DNA from: an uncultured Chloroflexia bacterium
GTDB taxonomy: Bacteria; Chloroflexota; Limnocylindria; Limnocylindrales; CSP1-4
Length of the DNA: 64,000 nt
Reading direction: 5' to 3'
NCBI GenBank assembly: GCA_963813335.1
Contig: CAWEYL010000003.1
Span: 448,001 to 512,000, forward strand
The notes under the pieces were generated by a model. It was not told where the DNA came from. It saw only the letters and a list, made by a program, of their open reading frames with translations, and made no database searches. The position numbers and the translations under genes are program-made. Of the stretch, positions 9,992-20,524 are shown piece after piece. Position 1 is the first letter of the stretch. The number at the start of each line of letters is the position of its first letter.

Positions 9992-11344
9992 ATGATCGAC
10001 GACCGCGCGGAGGATGCGCTGCGGCTGGCCCAAGCGGCGCTCGCCCACGCGATGCGCGAGGGGGCGACCGAGGCCGAGGCGCTGGTGATGGCCGACGACG
10101 CCGCGCTCACCCGCTTCGCGAACAGCCAGATCCACCAGAACGTCGCCGAGACCAACGCGGTCGTGAACCTGCGGTTCGTGGTCGGCAAGCGGGTCGGCGT
10201 CGCGTCGTCCGGGCGGACCGACGACGAGGGCCTGCGGCTGCTGGCGTCGCGCGCCGCGGCCATCGCGCGGGTCGTCGAGGAGCTCGAGGACTGGGGCGGG
10301 CTCCCCGGGCCGACCGAGGCCGAGGACATCGAGGCGGGCTACAGCGCGGCGACGGCCGGCGCGAGCCCGGAGTCGCGGGCCGACGGTGTCCGCCAGGTGA
10401 TCGCGGCGGCCGACGCCGCCGGGGTGACCGCCTATGGCTCGTTCTCGACCGGCACGGAGACCGCGGCCATCGCCAACAGCAAGGGCGCCCGCCAGCGCGG
10501 GACGCGGACCGTGTCGCAGCTCCTGACGGTGTCGATGGGGCCGAACGGCGGGACCGGGTACGCGGAGGCGGCCGCCGTCGACAGCACCACCATCGACGCG
10601 GCCGCGATCGGGCGGGAATCGGCGGAGAAGGCGCGCGCGACCGCGAACGCCGTCGCCGTCGATGCCGGCGACTACCCGGTGGTCCTCGAGGAGTACGCCG
10701 TCGTCGACCTGCTTGACATGCTCGGCTACCTCGGGTTCAGCGCCCAGGCCGTCCAGGAGGACCGCAGCTTCGCGGAGCCCGGGAAGCGGATCGGCTCGGA
10801 CCTCGTGACCATCACCGACGACGGCTTCGACCCCGCCGGCCTGCCGATGGCCTTCGACTACGAGGGCGTCGCGAAGCAGCGCGTGCCGCTCGTGGAAGCC
10901 GGCATCTGCCGCCAGGTCGTCTACGACGCGCAGACCGCCGCGCGCGACCGCGTCGAGTCGACCGGCCACGGGCTGCCGGCCCCGAACACGTGGGGCCCGT
11001 TCCCGCTGAACATGGTCATGACCGCCGGGACCGCGAAGCGCGACGACCTCGTCGCCGGCATGGACCGCGGCCTCCTCGTCACGCGGTTCCACTACACCAA
11101 CCCGGTCCACCCCAAGCTCGCGATCGTCACGGGCATGACCCGCGATGGGACGTTCCTCGTCGAGGACGGGAAGATCGTCGCCCCGGTCCGGAACCTGCGG
11201 TATACGCAGAGCTACCTCGACGCGCTGGCGGGGATCTCGGCCGTCACCGCGGAGCGGCGGACGCTGCGCGGCAACCTCGGGGCGGTCGTCGTGCCCGCCG
11301 TGCGCATCGACGGCTGGACGTTCACGGGGACGACCGAGCACTAG
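9992..11344 (+). CDS. tldE: TldE/PmbA partner subunit
   Basis: TRFANSQIHQN, FDYEGV, STGHG, TGMTRDG. No HExxxH motif; adjacent to tldD. Confidence 0.9.
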   Translation: MIDDRAEDALRLAQAALAHAMREGATEAEALVMADDAALTRFANSQIHQNVAETNAVVNLRFVVGKRVGVASSGRTDDEGLRLLASRAAAIARVVEELEDWGGLPGPTEAEDIEAGYSAATAGASPESRADGVRQVIAAADAAGVTAYGSFSTGTETAAIANSKGARQRGTRTVSQLLTVSMGPNGGTGYAEAAAVDSTTIDAAAIGRESAEKARATANAVAVDAGDYPVVLEEYAVVDLLDMLGYLGFSAQAVQEDRSFAEPGKRIGSDLVTITDDGFDPAGLPMAFDYEGVAKQRVPLVEAGICRQVVYDAQTAARDRVESTGHGLPAPNTWGPFPLNMVMTAGTAKRDDLVAGMDRGLLVTRFHYTNPVHPKLAIVTGMTRDGTFLVEDGKIVAPVRNLRYTQSYLDALAGISAVTAERRTLRGNLGAVVVPAVRIDGWTFTGTTEH

Positions 11345-11395
11345 CCGACCCGGGCCGGGTACGCTGCCTGCCTGACCGACCCGACCGGAGGACCG

Positions 11396-12668
11396 ATGAC
11401 CGCATTCGATGTCGACGCCCTGCGCGCCGAGTTCCCCGCCCTCGCCCGCGAGCAGGGCGGGCGGCCCGTCGCCTACCTCGACGGCCCGGGCGGCACGCAG
11501 GTCCCGCAGCGGGTGATCGACGCCGTCGTCGGCTACTACACGACGATGAACGCCAACCACGAGGGCGCGTTCGCGACCAGCGTCGAGTCGGACGCCATGG
11601 TCGAGGAGGCCCACGCGGCCGTGGCCGACTTCCTCGGGGCCGGGTCGCCCGACGAGATCAAGTTCGGCCAGAACATGTCGACGCTGACGCTCCAGATCGG
11701 GCGCTCGATCGGCGCGACGCTCGGGCCCCGGGACGAGATCGTGGTCACGACCCTCGACCACGAGGCGAACGTCTCGACCTGGAAGGCGATGGCGGCCGAC
11801 CGCGGCGTCACGGTCCACCAGGTCGACATCCGGCCCGACGACGTGACCCTCGACCTCGAGGACCTCGAGTCGAAGCTCGGGCCGCGGACGCGGCTCGTCG
11901 CCGTCGGCTATGCCAGCAACGCGGTGGGCTCGGTCAACCCGGTCAAGGCGATCGTCGAGCGGGCGCACGAGGTGGGGGCGCTGACCTATGTCGACGCCGT
12001 GGCCTTCGCCCCGCACGGGCCGATCGACGTCCGGGCGCTCGACACGGACTTCCTGGTGACCTCGGTCTACAAGTGGTTCGGGCCGCACATGGGCGCGCTG
12101 TACGGCAAGGCCGCGGTGCTCGACGACCTGCCGGCGTTCAAGGTCCGCCCGGCGGTCGATCGCTTCGAGACCGGGACGCTCTCGTTCGAATCGATCGCGG
12201 GCACGCTGGCCGCGACGGACTACCTGCGCGATGTCGGTCGCTCGTACGGCGACGTGACGGCCGCGCCGGGGGCCGCCGGCGCGAGCGAGCGGCGGCGCGA
12301 GCTCGTGGCCGGCATGGTCGCGATCGCCGACTACGAGCGCGAGCTGGTCACCCGGCTCATCGCCGGCCTCGAGGCGATCCCGGGCGTGACCATCCACGGG
12401 ATCACGGACCCGGCGCGCTTCGCCGCGGAGCGCGTCCCGACCGTCTCGGTCTCCATCGATGGCGTGCACCCGCACGACGCCGCGACGACGCTCGGCCGGG
12501 ACGGGGTCTTCGTCTGGGACGGCGACTTCTACGCGACCGGGCTGATCGAGGCGCTCGGCAAGGCCGAGACCGGCGGCGTCCTGCGCATCGGGCTCGTCCA
12601 CTACAACACCGCCGCCGAGGTCGACCGGGTCCTCGCCGGCGTCGAGGCGATCGCCGCCGGCGCGATGA
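11396..12668 (+). CDS. Cysteine desulfurase-like class V PLP aminotransferase (stop lost to an indel near 12665)
   Basis: YLDGPGGTQVP, LDHEANV, DAVAFAPH, SVYKWFGPH (PLP lysine), RIGLVHYNT. The 818-aa track ORF is read-through. Confidence 0.88.
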
Positions 12669-13118
12669 CCGGAGCGGCCGTCGATCCAGGCGCAGCTGGC
12701 CCGCGGGTTCGACCCGGCCGAGCTGCGCCGGATCAAGCGGCTGTGGGTCCGCCACTCGATCGCCGAGGACCGCCGCGACATCGACGGGCTGATCGCGACG
12801 CTCGCGCCCGACTGCGTCTACGAGATCGTGGTCACCGGGCAGCGCTGGGCGGGCCACGAGGGCGCCCGGGCGTTCTACACCGAGCTCTTCGGGGCCTTCC
12901 CGGACAACGCGTTCGCCCTCAGCGAGATCGTCGTCGGGCCGCAGGGCGTGTTCGAGGTCGCGACGCTGACCGGCACCAACCAGGGGCCGTGGGCCGGGAT
13001 GCCGCCGTCGGGCCTCGCGGTCAGCCTCGAGGTGCTGATCTTCTTCCCGTGGGATCCCGGCACGGAACGGTTCCTCGGGGAGCGGATCTGGTTCGACCGG
13101 GGTCCGGCGCCGGGCTGA
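12665..13118 (+). CDS. SnoaL-like ester cyclase / NTF2-fold protein (indel right after ATG)
   Basis: ...RLWVRHSIAEDRRDIDGLIATLAPDCVYE...GHEGARAFYTELFGAFPD...GTNQGPWAGMPPSG...GERIWFD. Confidence 0.8.
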
Positions 13119-13211
13119 CCGGACGGTCCGAGTTGCGGAGGACCGCCCGCGCGGGCCATCATCGGGACGAGCCGGCGGACGACCCGCCGCCGCTACCGGG
13201 GTCTCCCACCC

Positions 13212-13955
13212 ATGATCCGAACCTCCCGAACGGCGATGACGGCCGCCTTCCTCCTCTCCGCGGCCGCCCTCGTCGCCGCCTGCGGCGGCAGCACCGCCTC
13301 GACCACGCCCGGCGCACCCACGGCGACGTCGGCCGCGCCGACGACCAGTGCCGGGACGGGCGAGTCGCCCACCTCGACGCCGGCCGGAGGCGAGACGGCC
13401 GAGCCGTCGCTCGGTGCGCTCCCGTCCTTCGACATCGGGCAGCTCGCCTCGGGGCTCGAGAACCACGACTCCTACAAGGCCTCGCTGTCGATCGGCGGCA
13501 CCGAGTCCTACAGCACCACCGTCGTGACCAAGCCGGTCGTCTCCAGGGACATCGTCCTCAAGGACGGGACCCATATCGTCGTGGTCGGCGACGAGGCCTG
13601 GATGGGCCAGGCAGGATCACCCCTGGCGTCCGTGCCGACCGCGCTGGCGACCCAGCTCTATGCGGCCTTCGATCCGACCGTCCTGTTCAAGAGCTTCTCC
13701 GGGCCGGAGTGGGCGGCGAGCTCGGTCGACAAGGGCACCGAGCAGAAGAACGGGCAGAACACGCACCACTACCACATCAATTCCACGACGGCGGCCGGCG
13801 GTTTCTCGGGGATCCCCGCGGGCGCGTCGATCGACGTCTGGGTCGCCGATGAGGGCTACCTCGTGTCGCTCGTCGCGACCGGGTTCGGCCAGGACCTCGA
13901 CATCGAGGTGACGAACATCGACGACCCGGCCAACAAGGTCGAGAAGCCCAGCTGA
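13212..13955 (+). CDS. Lipoprotein of unknown function (possibly LppX/LprG-like beta fold)
   Basis: Lipobox LVAACGG, Thr/Pro-rich linker, KGTEQKNG..THHY and DVWVADEGY beta-strand pattern. Confidence 0.7.
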   Translation: MIRTSRTAMTAAFLLSAAALVAACGGSTASTTPGAPTATSAAPTTSAGTGESPTSTPAGGETAEPSLGALPSFDIGQLASGLENHDSYKASLSIGGTESYSTTVVTKPVVSRDIVLKDGTHIVVVGDEAWMGQAGSPLASVPTALATQLYAAFDPTVLFKSFSGPEWAASSVDKGTEQKNGQNTHHYHINSTTAAGGFSGIPAGASIDVWVADEGYLVSLVATGFGQDLDIEVTNIDDPANKVEKPS

Positions 13956-13961
13956 CGTCGC

Positions 13962-15392
13962 GTGAGCGGCCCGGCGCTCGACGCGATCGTCGTCGGCGGC
14001 GGGCCGAACGGCCTCGCTGCGGCCATCACGGTGGCCCGGGCCGGGCGATCGGTCCGGGTCTATGAGGCGGCCGCCACGATCGGTGGCGGGGCACGGACCG
14101 AGGAGCTGACACTCCCCGGGTTCCGCCACGACGTCTGCTCCACGATCCTGCCGCTCGCGCTGGCCTCGCCGTTCTTCCGCACGCTGGACCTGGCGGCCCA
14201 CGGGGTCGAGTTCATCCAGCCGGACGCACCATTCGCGCAGCCACTCGACGGTGGACGGGTCGCGGTCGCGGAGCGATCGCTCGCGGCCACGGCGGCCGGC
14301 CTCGGCGGGGCGGACGGGCGGGCGTGGAGCCGGCTGTTCGGCCGGCTCGTCCGGGAGGCTGACGACCTCGGGCCGGAGCTGCTCGGGCCCGTGGTCCACG
14401 TGCCGCGCCATCCGCTGCTCCTCGCCCGGTTCGGGCTGCCCGCGCTGCGGTCCGCGGTCGGCCTGGCCCGGTCGCGGTTCGAAGGCGAGCCGGCGCGGGC
14501 GCTGTTCGCGGGGGTCGCGGCGCACGCGATGCTCCGCCTCGATCGCCCGTTGAGTGCCTCGTTCGGGCTCGTGCTCGGGACGTACGCCCACGCGGTCGGG
14601 TGGCCGATGGTCCGCGGCGGCGCCTCGGCCGTCACCGAGGCGATGACCGCGGAGCTGCGGTCGCTCGGCGGCGAGATCGTCACCGACCATCGGGTCGCGT
14701 CGGTCGCGGAGCTGCCCCCGGCACGGGTCACGTTCCTCGACGTCACGCCCCGGCAGGCGGTCGCGATCGCCGGTGAGCAGCTCCCCGCGCGGGTCCGCGG
14801 CCGCGCCGAGCGGTTCCGCTACGGGGTCGGCGTCTTCAAGGTCGACTGGGCGCTCGACGGGCCGGTGCCGTGGGCGGCCGAGGGGTCACGCCGGGCCGCG
14901 ACCCTGCACCTCGGCGGGACGCTCGAGGAGATCGCGGCATCCGAGGCGGACGTGGCGGCCGGCCGTCATCCCGAGCGGCCGTATGTGCTGTTCGTCCAGT
15001 ACGCGCCGTGGGATCCGAGCCGCGCGCCGGAGGGCCGGGCCGTCGCCTGGGCGTACTGCCACGTGCCTGCGGGGTCCACGGTGGACATGACCGAGCGGAT
15101 CGAGGCCCAGGTCGAGCGCTTCGCACCGGGGTTCCGCGACCGCATCCTGGCCCGCTCGAGCCTCGGGCCGGCGGCGATGGAGGCCCACGACGCGAACGAC
15201 ATCGGCGGCGACATCAACGGCGGCATCCAGGACATCCGCCAGCTGGTCTTCCGGCCGTGGCCCGCGTGGGATCCCTACCACCTCGGTGCCGGGCTCTATC
15301 TCTGCTCGTCCTCGACGCCGCCCGGCGGCGGCGTCCACGGCATGAGCGGCTGGCACGCCGCGCGGTCCGCGCTGCGGCGAGACCTGGCCTGA
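13962..15392 (+). CDS. Phytoene dehydrogenase-like NAD(P)/FAD-dependent oxidoreductase
   Basis: DAIVVGGGPNGLAAA, GGGARTEELTLPGFRHDVCS, YLCSSSTPPGGGVHGMSG. Confidence 0.9.
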   Translation: MSGPALDAIVVGGGPNGLAAAITVARAGRSVRVYEAAATIGGGARTEELTLPGFRHDVCSTILPLALASPFFRTLDLAAHGVEFIQPDAPFAQPLDGGRVAVAERSLAATAAGLGGADGRAWSRLFGRLVREADDLGPELLGPVVHVPRHPLLLARFGLPALRSAVGLARSRFEGEPARALFAGVAAHAMLRLDRPLSASFGLVLGTYAHAVGWPMVRGGASAVTEAMTAELRSLGGEIVTDHRVASVAELPPARVTFLDVTPRQAVAIAGEQLPARVRGRAERFRYGVGVFKVDWALDGPVPWAAEGSRRAATLHLGGTLEEIAASEADVAAGRHPERPYVLFVQYAPWDPSRAPEGRAVAWAYCHVPAGSTVDMTERIEAQVERFAPGFRDRILARSSLGPAAMEAHDANDIGGDINGGIQDIRQLVFRPWPAWDPYHLGAGLYLCSSSTPPGGGVHGMSGWHAARSALRRDLA

Positions 15393-15427
15393 GACGGTTC
15401 GCGCTCCCCAGCTGCGCGCCGACCCCG

Positions 15428-15707
15428 ATATGCACCTTCTCCACCGGCGGACCTTCCCCAAATCGTGATGCACCTCGGCTGCATATGCCGCCAATGGCCG
15501 TGGGATGGGAGTCCCTCCGCATCGATATGCACCCACGGATGCATATTCGGCGGCCACGGCGTGGGGCTGGGTGCGCCCTGCCGCACGAGTCGGCGCGGGC
15601 CGGACACGCCAGACACACCAGAAATGCAGCCAGGGTGCATACGCCTCGATATGCAGCCGAGGTGCATACGCTTGGCGAGATATCACCCTGGCGGAGATCG
15701 TGCATAT
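15428..15707. repeat. Intergenic cluster of ATGCA-N7/8-TGCAT palindromes (REP-like)
   Basis: Units at 15468, 15527, 15624 and 15651, with half sites at 15430 and 15701. 15468-15486 and 15649-15667 are a perfect 19-bp inverted pair. Confidence 0.8.
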
Positions 15708-15720
15708 TCCGGACGCAGAC

Positions 15721-15764
15721 GATCAGCCTGCGGCGATCAGCCTGCGGCGAATCAGCCCTGCGGC
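15721..15764. repeat. Tandem 14-bp repeat x3 (GATCAGCCTGCGGC)
   Basis: Two exact copies at 15721 and 15735; a variant at 15749 overlaps the stop codon of the convergent gene. Confidence 0.85.
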
Positions 15765-16582
15765 TCGGCCCTTGTCGGCGCATCGTCGGCGGCACCCGCA
15801 GCCGCTCCCGCACCCGCGCCGGCGCCCGCAGCCGCACCGACCCCCGGGCCGGCCGGCGGCGGCTCCCCGGGCCCCAGCTCACGCCGGAGCCACAGGCCCA
15901 GCAGCAGCGCGCCGGCCGCCGGGATCGCGCTCCACGCGACGAACATCAGCAGCACGACCGTGAGCACCACCCGGATGTCGGACATGGTCGCCTGGATGCT
16001 GCCGCTCTCGAGCCGGACCGCCAGGTCGTCGAGCGAGGTCGCCAGCGCCGCCAGCGAAGCCGAGTTCGCGGCCAGCAAATCCTGGTCCGCCGTCAGGCTC
16101 GTCGCGACGTCCTGCAGTCGCTGGTCGAGTCCGGCCAGGTTGGTCGTGAGGGTCGCCACGACATCGGCTGCCGGCGCCAGGGGATGCTGACCGAGGATCC
16201 CGAAGTCGCGGAACGACGCCTCCAGGGCGTTCAGCGTCGGCCCCATCGCGCCCACGGTCGTCGCGGCCTGAGAAACGGTCGCGGCCGTCGAGTCCAGCGT
16301 GACCCCCACCGAATCCGCGGTCGCCGCCGCGTCGGTCAGCGTGTCGGCGGTCCGGTGGACGGTCGTCGCGAGATCGCGGATCGTGGCGTCGATCTGGTCC
16401 GCCGCGCCACCCAATCGCCCCAGGGACCAGATGAACGCCAGCAGGCCGATCGCGGCGACGACGACACCGATCGTGCCGTAGGCGAGCAGCCCGACACTCA
16501 GCCGGCGCAACCCCTCGCGCAGGCCGACCGGCTTGTCCGCGGGCGGCTCCACCGAGGACGGGGCCATATTCGGTTCGGTCAT
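15752..16582 (-). CDS. Membrane protein with two TM segments flanking a long helical/coiled-coil region
   Basis: Hydrophobic N- and C-terminal segments with Ala/Thr/Asp heptad-like middle; 1-bp gap from the MBL gene. Confidence 0.7.
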   Translation of the reverse strand: MTEPNMAPSSVEPPADKPVGLREGLRRLSVGLLAYGTIGVVVAAIGLLAFIWSLGRLGGAADQIDATIRDLATTVHRTADTLTDAAATADSVGVTLDSTAATVSQAATTVGAMGPTLNALEASFRDFGILGQHPLAPAADVVATLTTNLAGLDQRLQDVATSLTADQDLLAANSASLAALATSLDDLAVRLESGSIQATMSDIRVVLTVVLLMFVAWSAIPAAGALLLGLWLRRELGPGEPPPAGPGVGAAAGAGAGAGAAAGAADDAPTRAEPQG

Positions 16583-16583
16583 G

Positions 16584-17357
16584 TCAGACCCCCCGGAGGT
16601 CGACCATCTCGCCGACCTCGGTCAGCAGGCAGTGCACGTTCGGCGCCAGTTCCGAAGCGTACTCGGCGAAGGCTGCCGGCGGCTCAACCAGCCGCTCGGG
16701 GTAGACGAGACCACCCATCGAGTGCGGCCAGTACGTGCCCCAGTGGATCGGCACGGCCGCGCGCGGACGGATCAGCCGCAGGGCCTCGGCCGCGCGCTCG
16801 GGATCGAGGTGACGGCCGCGTCCCAGGGTCGGCCCCCAGCCCCAGACCGGGATGAGCGCGACATCGACCCGCGGCCCGGGCAGCATCGACATCTGCTCGA
16901 ACATGTCGGTGTCGCCGGCGAAGTACACGCAGCGCGAACCCTGGATGACGAAGCCCATCGCCGGCGCGGTCGGCCCGCGCGGCGGCCTGAACCCTGAGTG
17001 GTTGGCGGGCACGCCGTCGATGCGCAGGCCGCCGACCTCGGTCGACTCGCCGATCGCCAGCTCGCGCACGCTCGCGAAGCCGGAGGCTCGCAGCCACTCC
17101 CCGGCGCCGGCCGGCACGACGATCGGCGTCCCCGCCGCGACGTGCCTGAGCGACGGCAGGTCGAGGTGGTCCCAATGCAGGTGCGAGATCAGCACCGCGT
17201 CGAGATCGGCGAGGCGCGACCGCGCCGGGACCGGGACCTGGCGCTGGAGCGGCCCGACGCGCGCCCGCGTGACCGGGTCGGTGGCGATCCGTACGCCATC
17301 GATGTCGATGACCACGCACGAGTGGCCGACGAAGTCGAGGGTCAGCCCCCCGGTCAC
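16584..17357 (-). CDS. MBL-fold metallo-hydrolase (RomA/UlaG-like)
   Basis: [32 protein letters not shown]. Confidence 0.9.
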   Translation of the reverse strand: MTGGLTLDFVGHSCVVIDIDGVRIATDPVTRARVGPLQRQVPVPARSRLADLDAVLISHLHWDHLDLPSLRHVAAGTPIVVPAGAGEWLRASGFASVRELAIGESTEVGGLRIDGVPANHSGFRPPRGPTAPAMGFVIQGSRCVYFAGDTDMFEQMSMLPGPRVDVALIPVWGWGPTLGRGRHLDPERAAEALRLIRPRAAVPIHWGTYWPHSMGGLVYPERLVEPPAAFAEYASELAPNVHCLLTEVGEMVDLRGV

Positions 17358-19444
17358 CGCCAGGTGCTGCGCGCCGCGTCCGGGTAGAGCCGGACCCGGC
17401 GATACGGCTCGCGGCCGCGCGAGCGCGACACGAGGTTCGCCCGCTCGGCCATCTGGTGCTGGAGCCGCCGGATGTACGCGTTCTGCGGCGCGAGCTCCAC
17501 GGCCTCCGACGACGTCAGCACGACCTCGATGGCGTCCTCGGTCTCGCGCATCGCCGCCTCGCGCGGGTCGATCTCGAGCGAGAAGATCGAGGTCAGGCTC
17601 GCCTGCATCTGCTGCATCGTGTTGCTCTTGAGGACGTAGATCGGCATCGCCCGGTCCTCCGCGTCACGGAGCATCGGGGTCTTCTGCTTGTACTCGTTCT
17701 TGAGGGTCATCACGACGTCGGCCTCGTCGACGTCCCGGGCGATCACCACGGGGAGCTGCAGGTCGCGGACCGCCTGCTCGAGCCGCTTGCGGCTGATCCC
17801 CTGGGGGAGCACGCGGAGCGTCGGGAGCGGCGAGCCGCCGGGCACGAGCACGGTCTCGCCGTGGGGGCCCTCCTCGGTGCCGAGCGGCATGTCCTCGAGC
17901 TCGTCGTGCTCCAGCTCGTCGGCGTTGACCGGACCGGTCCCCTCCTCGGCCTTGAGCGCGTTGAGCGCCCGGCTGGCCTGGTCGCGCCAGGCCTTCTGGC
18001 GCTCGAGCTCGCGCGCCTCGCGGGCGCGCTTCTCGGCCGCGGTCGGCGTCCCGGCACGCTCGAGCGGCCCGCGATCCGCGATGTCGCCCGCGACGAACGG
18101 GGCGTCGGCGGGGGCCGGCACGCCGCGCAGCGCGGAGGACCCCGACGAGAACCGCTCACCGGGCATGACGCCCGGTGCGCCGCCCTCCGATGTGCCGCCG
18201 CGCGAGGCCGGCTCACGCCCGGACCCGCCGCGGGTCTGCCGCCAGCCGCCGGACGCGCCGGGCCGATAGCCGGCGCGCGACGCGGTCCCGCGCTCGGCCT
18301 CGCGATAGCCGCCGGTGCGATACCCGGCGCCGTCGCCGCGCCAGCCGGGCTCCATCCGCCACGGCGAGCCCGTCCCGACCAGCCCGGCGAACCGCTCCGC
18401 GCCGAGCTGCTCGCGCGGCGACGGCCGGGGCCGGCCCTGCGATCGATGGACGCCCTCCTCGTCGCGCCAGCGCAGCTCCGGGGCGACCGGGTCGCCGCGC
18501 AGCATCGCGTCGACGGTCTCGGCGACGTCGGAGTGGACCACGACCCGCTCGCGGTCCTGGATCTCGACGATGACGTCGAAGGTGGGCGGCGCCTTGCGCT
18601 CGAGGACGCTCTTCTGGGTCCGCCGCCGGCGGGCCTCCTCGTCGCCGAGGGTGACGCTCTGGATGCCGCCGATCAGGTCGGACAGGGTCGGGTTGAGCAT
18701 CAGGTTGTCGAGGTTGTTGCCGTGGGCGGTGCCGATCAGCTGGACGCCGCGCTCGGCGATGGTCCGCGCCGCGACCGCTTCGAGCTCCGTCCCGATCTCG
18801 TCGATGACGATGACCTGGGGCATGTGGTTCTCGACCGCCTCGATCATCACCTCGTGCTGCAGCGACGGGGTGCGGACCTGCATCCGGCGGGCCTTGCCGA
18901 TGGCCGGGTGCGGGATGTCGCCGTCGCCGGCGATCTCGTTGCTCGTGTCGACGACCACCACGCGCTTGCCCAGGTCGTCGGCGAGGACGCGGGCGGCCTC
19001 GCGCAGCATCGTGGTCTTGCCGATGCCCGGGCGGCCCATGATCAGGATCGACTTCCCGGTCTCGACGAAGTCGTTGATGATCTCGATGGTCCCGAAGACC
19101 GCGCGGCCGATCCGGCACGTCAGCCCGACGACCTTGCCGCTGCGGTTGCGGATCGCGCTGATGCGGTGGAGGGTCCGCTCGATGCCGGCGCGGTTGTCGT
19201 CGCCGAAGGTGCCGATGTGGTCGACCACGAAGGCGATGTCGGCGTCGGTGATCTCGCGCTCGAGGAGGGTCACCTCGGAATCCGGGAACCGGCCCTCGGG
19301 CCGGCGGCCCAGGTCGAGGACGACCTCGATGAGGGCGGTCCGGTCGGGCAGCGCGTTCACCGCGTCGACGACCTCCGGCGGCAGGGCCGCGAGGAGGACA
19401 TCGAGGTCGTCGACGGTCTCGAGCTGGCGGTCCGGGGATGCCAC
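17354..19444 (-). CDS. Ycf45/SpoIIIAA-like AAA+ ATPase with C-terminal R3H domain
   Basis: [19 protein letters not shown] (Walker A), [20 protein letters not shown] (Walker B), NAYIRRLQH (R3H). GTG start follows GGAGG. Confidence 0.9.
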   Translation of the reverse strand: MASPDRQLETVDDLDVLLAALPPEVVDAVNALPDRTALIEVVLDLGRRPEGRFPDSEVTLLEREITDADIAFVVDHIGTFGDDNRAGIERTLHRISAIRNRSGKVVGLTCRIGRAVFGTIEIINDFVETGKSILIMGRPGIGKTTMLREAARVLADDLGKRVVVVDTSNEIAGDGDIPHPAIGKARRMQVRTPSLQHEVMIEAVENHMPQVIVIDEIGTELEAVAARTIAERGVQLIGTAHGNNLDNLMLNPTLSDLIGGIQSVTLGDEEARRRRTQKSVLERKAPPTFDVIVEIQDRERVVVHSDVAETVDAMLRGDPVAPELRWRDEEGVHRSQGRPRPSPREQLGAERFAGLVGTGSPWRMEPGWRGDGAGYRTGGYREAERGTASRAGYRPGASGGWRQTRGGSGREPASRGGTSEGGAPGVMPGERFSSGSSALRGVPAPADAPFVAGDIADRGPLERAGTPTAAEKRAREARELERQKAWRDQASRALNALKAEEGTGPVNADELEHDELEDMPLGTEEGPHGETVLVPGGSPLPTLRVLPQGISRKRLEQAVRDLQLPVVIARDVDEADVVMTLKNEYKQKTPMLRDAEDRAMPIYVLKSNTMQQMQASLTSIFSLEIDPREAAMRETEDAIEVVLTSSEAVELAPQNAYIRRLQHQMAERANLVSRSRGREPYRRVRLYPDAARSTWR

Positions 19445-19455
19445 GCTGACCTCCG

Positions 19456-20524
19456 CTATCGGACGCCGGCCGGCACGAGGGCCGGTTCGGCGACACGGAC
19501 TAGGGTTTCCTTCATGAGCAGCGTCACGCTGGCGATCGAAATCGAAGCCGGCGTCCTCCAGGCGCCGGTCGATCGGTGACTCGTAGGTTCGCACGGGTGC
19601 GATGATCCCGTGCTCCGAGCGTCGCTCGGCGTCCTTGGCGGTGCGCTCGGCGATGACGCCGAGCCCGAAGGCGACCAGCGCCGAGGAGTCCGCGTCCGGC
19701 CGGGCCACGACCTTGAGGTAGTGCGGCTGGTCCTCCTTGGCGACGCCCACCTGGACCAGGCCGGCCAGCTCCGTGCCGTCGCGCCCGCCGTCGGGCATCG
19801 CCTGGACGAACGCCTCGACGTCGGCGAAGCGCAGGATCGGGGCGAGGCTGGAGCGCGGCACCCGCCAGTGGCCGCCCTGGCGCTCCCAGTCGACGAGGCG
19901 GATGGCCTCGAGCCGGGCGACCGGCGTCGGCGTGGCGGCGGCGTACAGCCGGGACATGGCCAGGGCGTCGATCCCGGTCGCGGCCCGGATCCCGGCCTGG
20001 GCCGCGCGCTTCTCGGTCCAGGGAGCGGGGAGCGGGCGGTTCCCCGGCCGGGCGAGGATGCGCTCCTCGCCGTAGCGCATGAAGCCGGCCTGCATCAGCA
20101 GCTCGACGTTGCCGTCCATGTCCGCGCAGGCGACGTGGAAGCGCGCCGCGCCGCGCTTGGCGCCCTCGCGCAGCAGCTGCTGCACGAGCCGGTAGCGGAT
20201 GTCGCCCGCATCGGCCATGCCGACCGCGTCGAGCTCCACGATCGTCCACTCGTCGCGGACCGACTCGCGCTCCACGCGGACGAGGCCGGCGATCCGGCCG
20301 TCCTGCTCATAGACGTACATGAGGTCGTTCGGGCGGAAGGCGCCCAACGGCAGCCGGAACAGGCTGAAGACGCCGATCGGCGGGCCCGAGAGCGGGAGCC
20401 CCAGCGAGCGGGTGTCGGCCCCATCCGACTGGCACAGGCGCGACAGCTCCCCGAGGGCCGCGAGGTCCGTCAGGCGCGCGGCCCGGACCTTGCCGCTGCT
20501 GCGCGCGGCGCGCGGCTCGGTCAC
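19456..20524 (-). CDS. GNAT-like (probably tandem acetyltransferase fold) protein; frameshift near 19535
   Basis: [35 protein letters not shown], later RRLEDAGF. The true C-terminus [27 protein letters not shown] is in another frame. Confidence 0.65.

Noticed and set aside
7285-12781. Very long antisense ORFs (e.g. 7285-10329 and 9788-12781, and similar elsewhere)
   Set aside because: Shadow ORFs opposite well-supported genes, expected in high-GC DNA where stop codons are rare. No recognisable motifs.
11396-13852. 818-aa extended desulfurase ORF
   Set aside because: Family similarity ends near 12665. The tail is off-frame, Arg-rich text overlapping the SnoaL and lipoprotein genes.
13962-15392. 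Carotenoid biosynthesis cluster
   Set aside because: A lone phytoene-dehydrogenase-like oxidoreductase with no crtB, crtE or cyclase nearby.
17354-20524. 1056-aa GNAT-AAA-R3H fusion in the ORF track
   Set aside because: An indel near 19535 causes read-through. The GNAT-like gene has a natural stop at 19456 in another frame, and the ATPase has its own GGAGG and GTG start at 19444.
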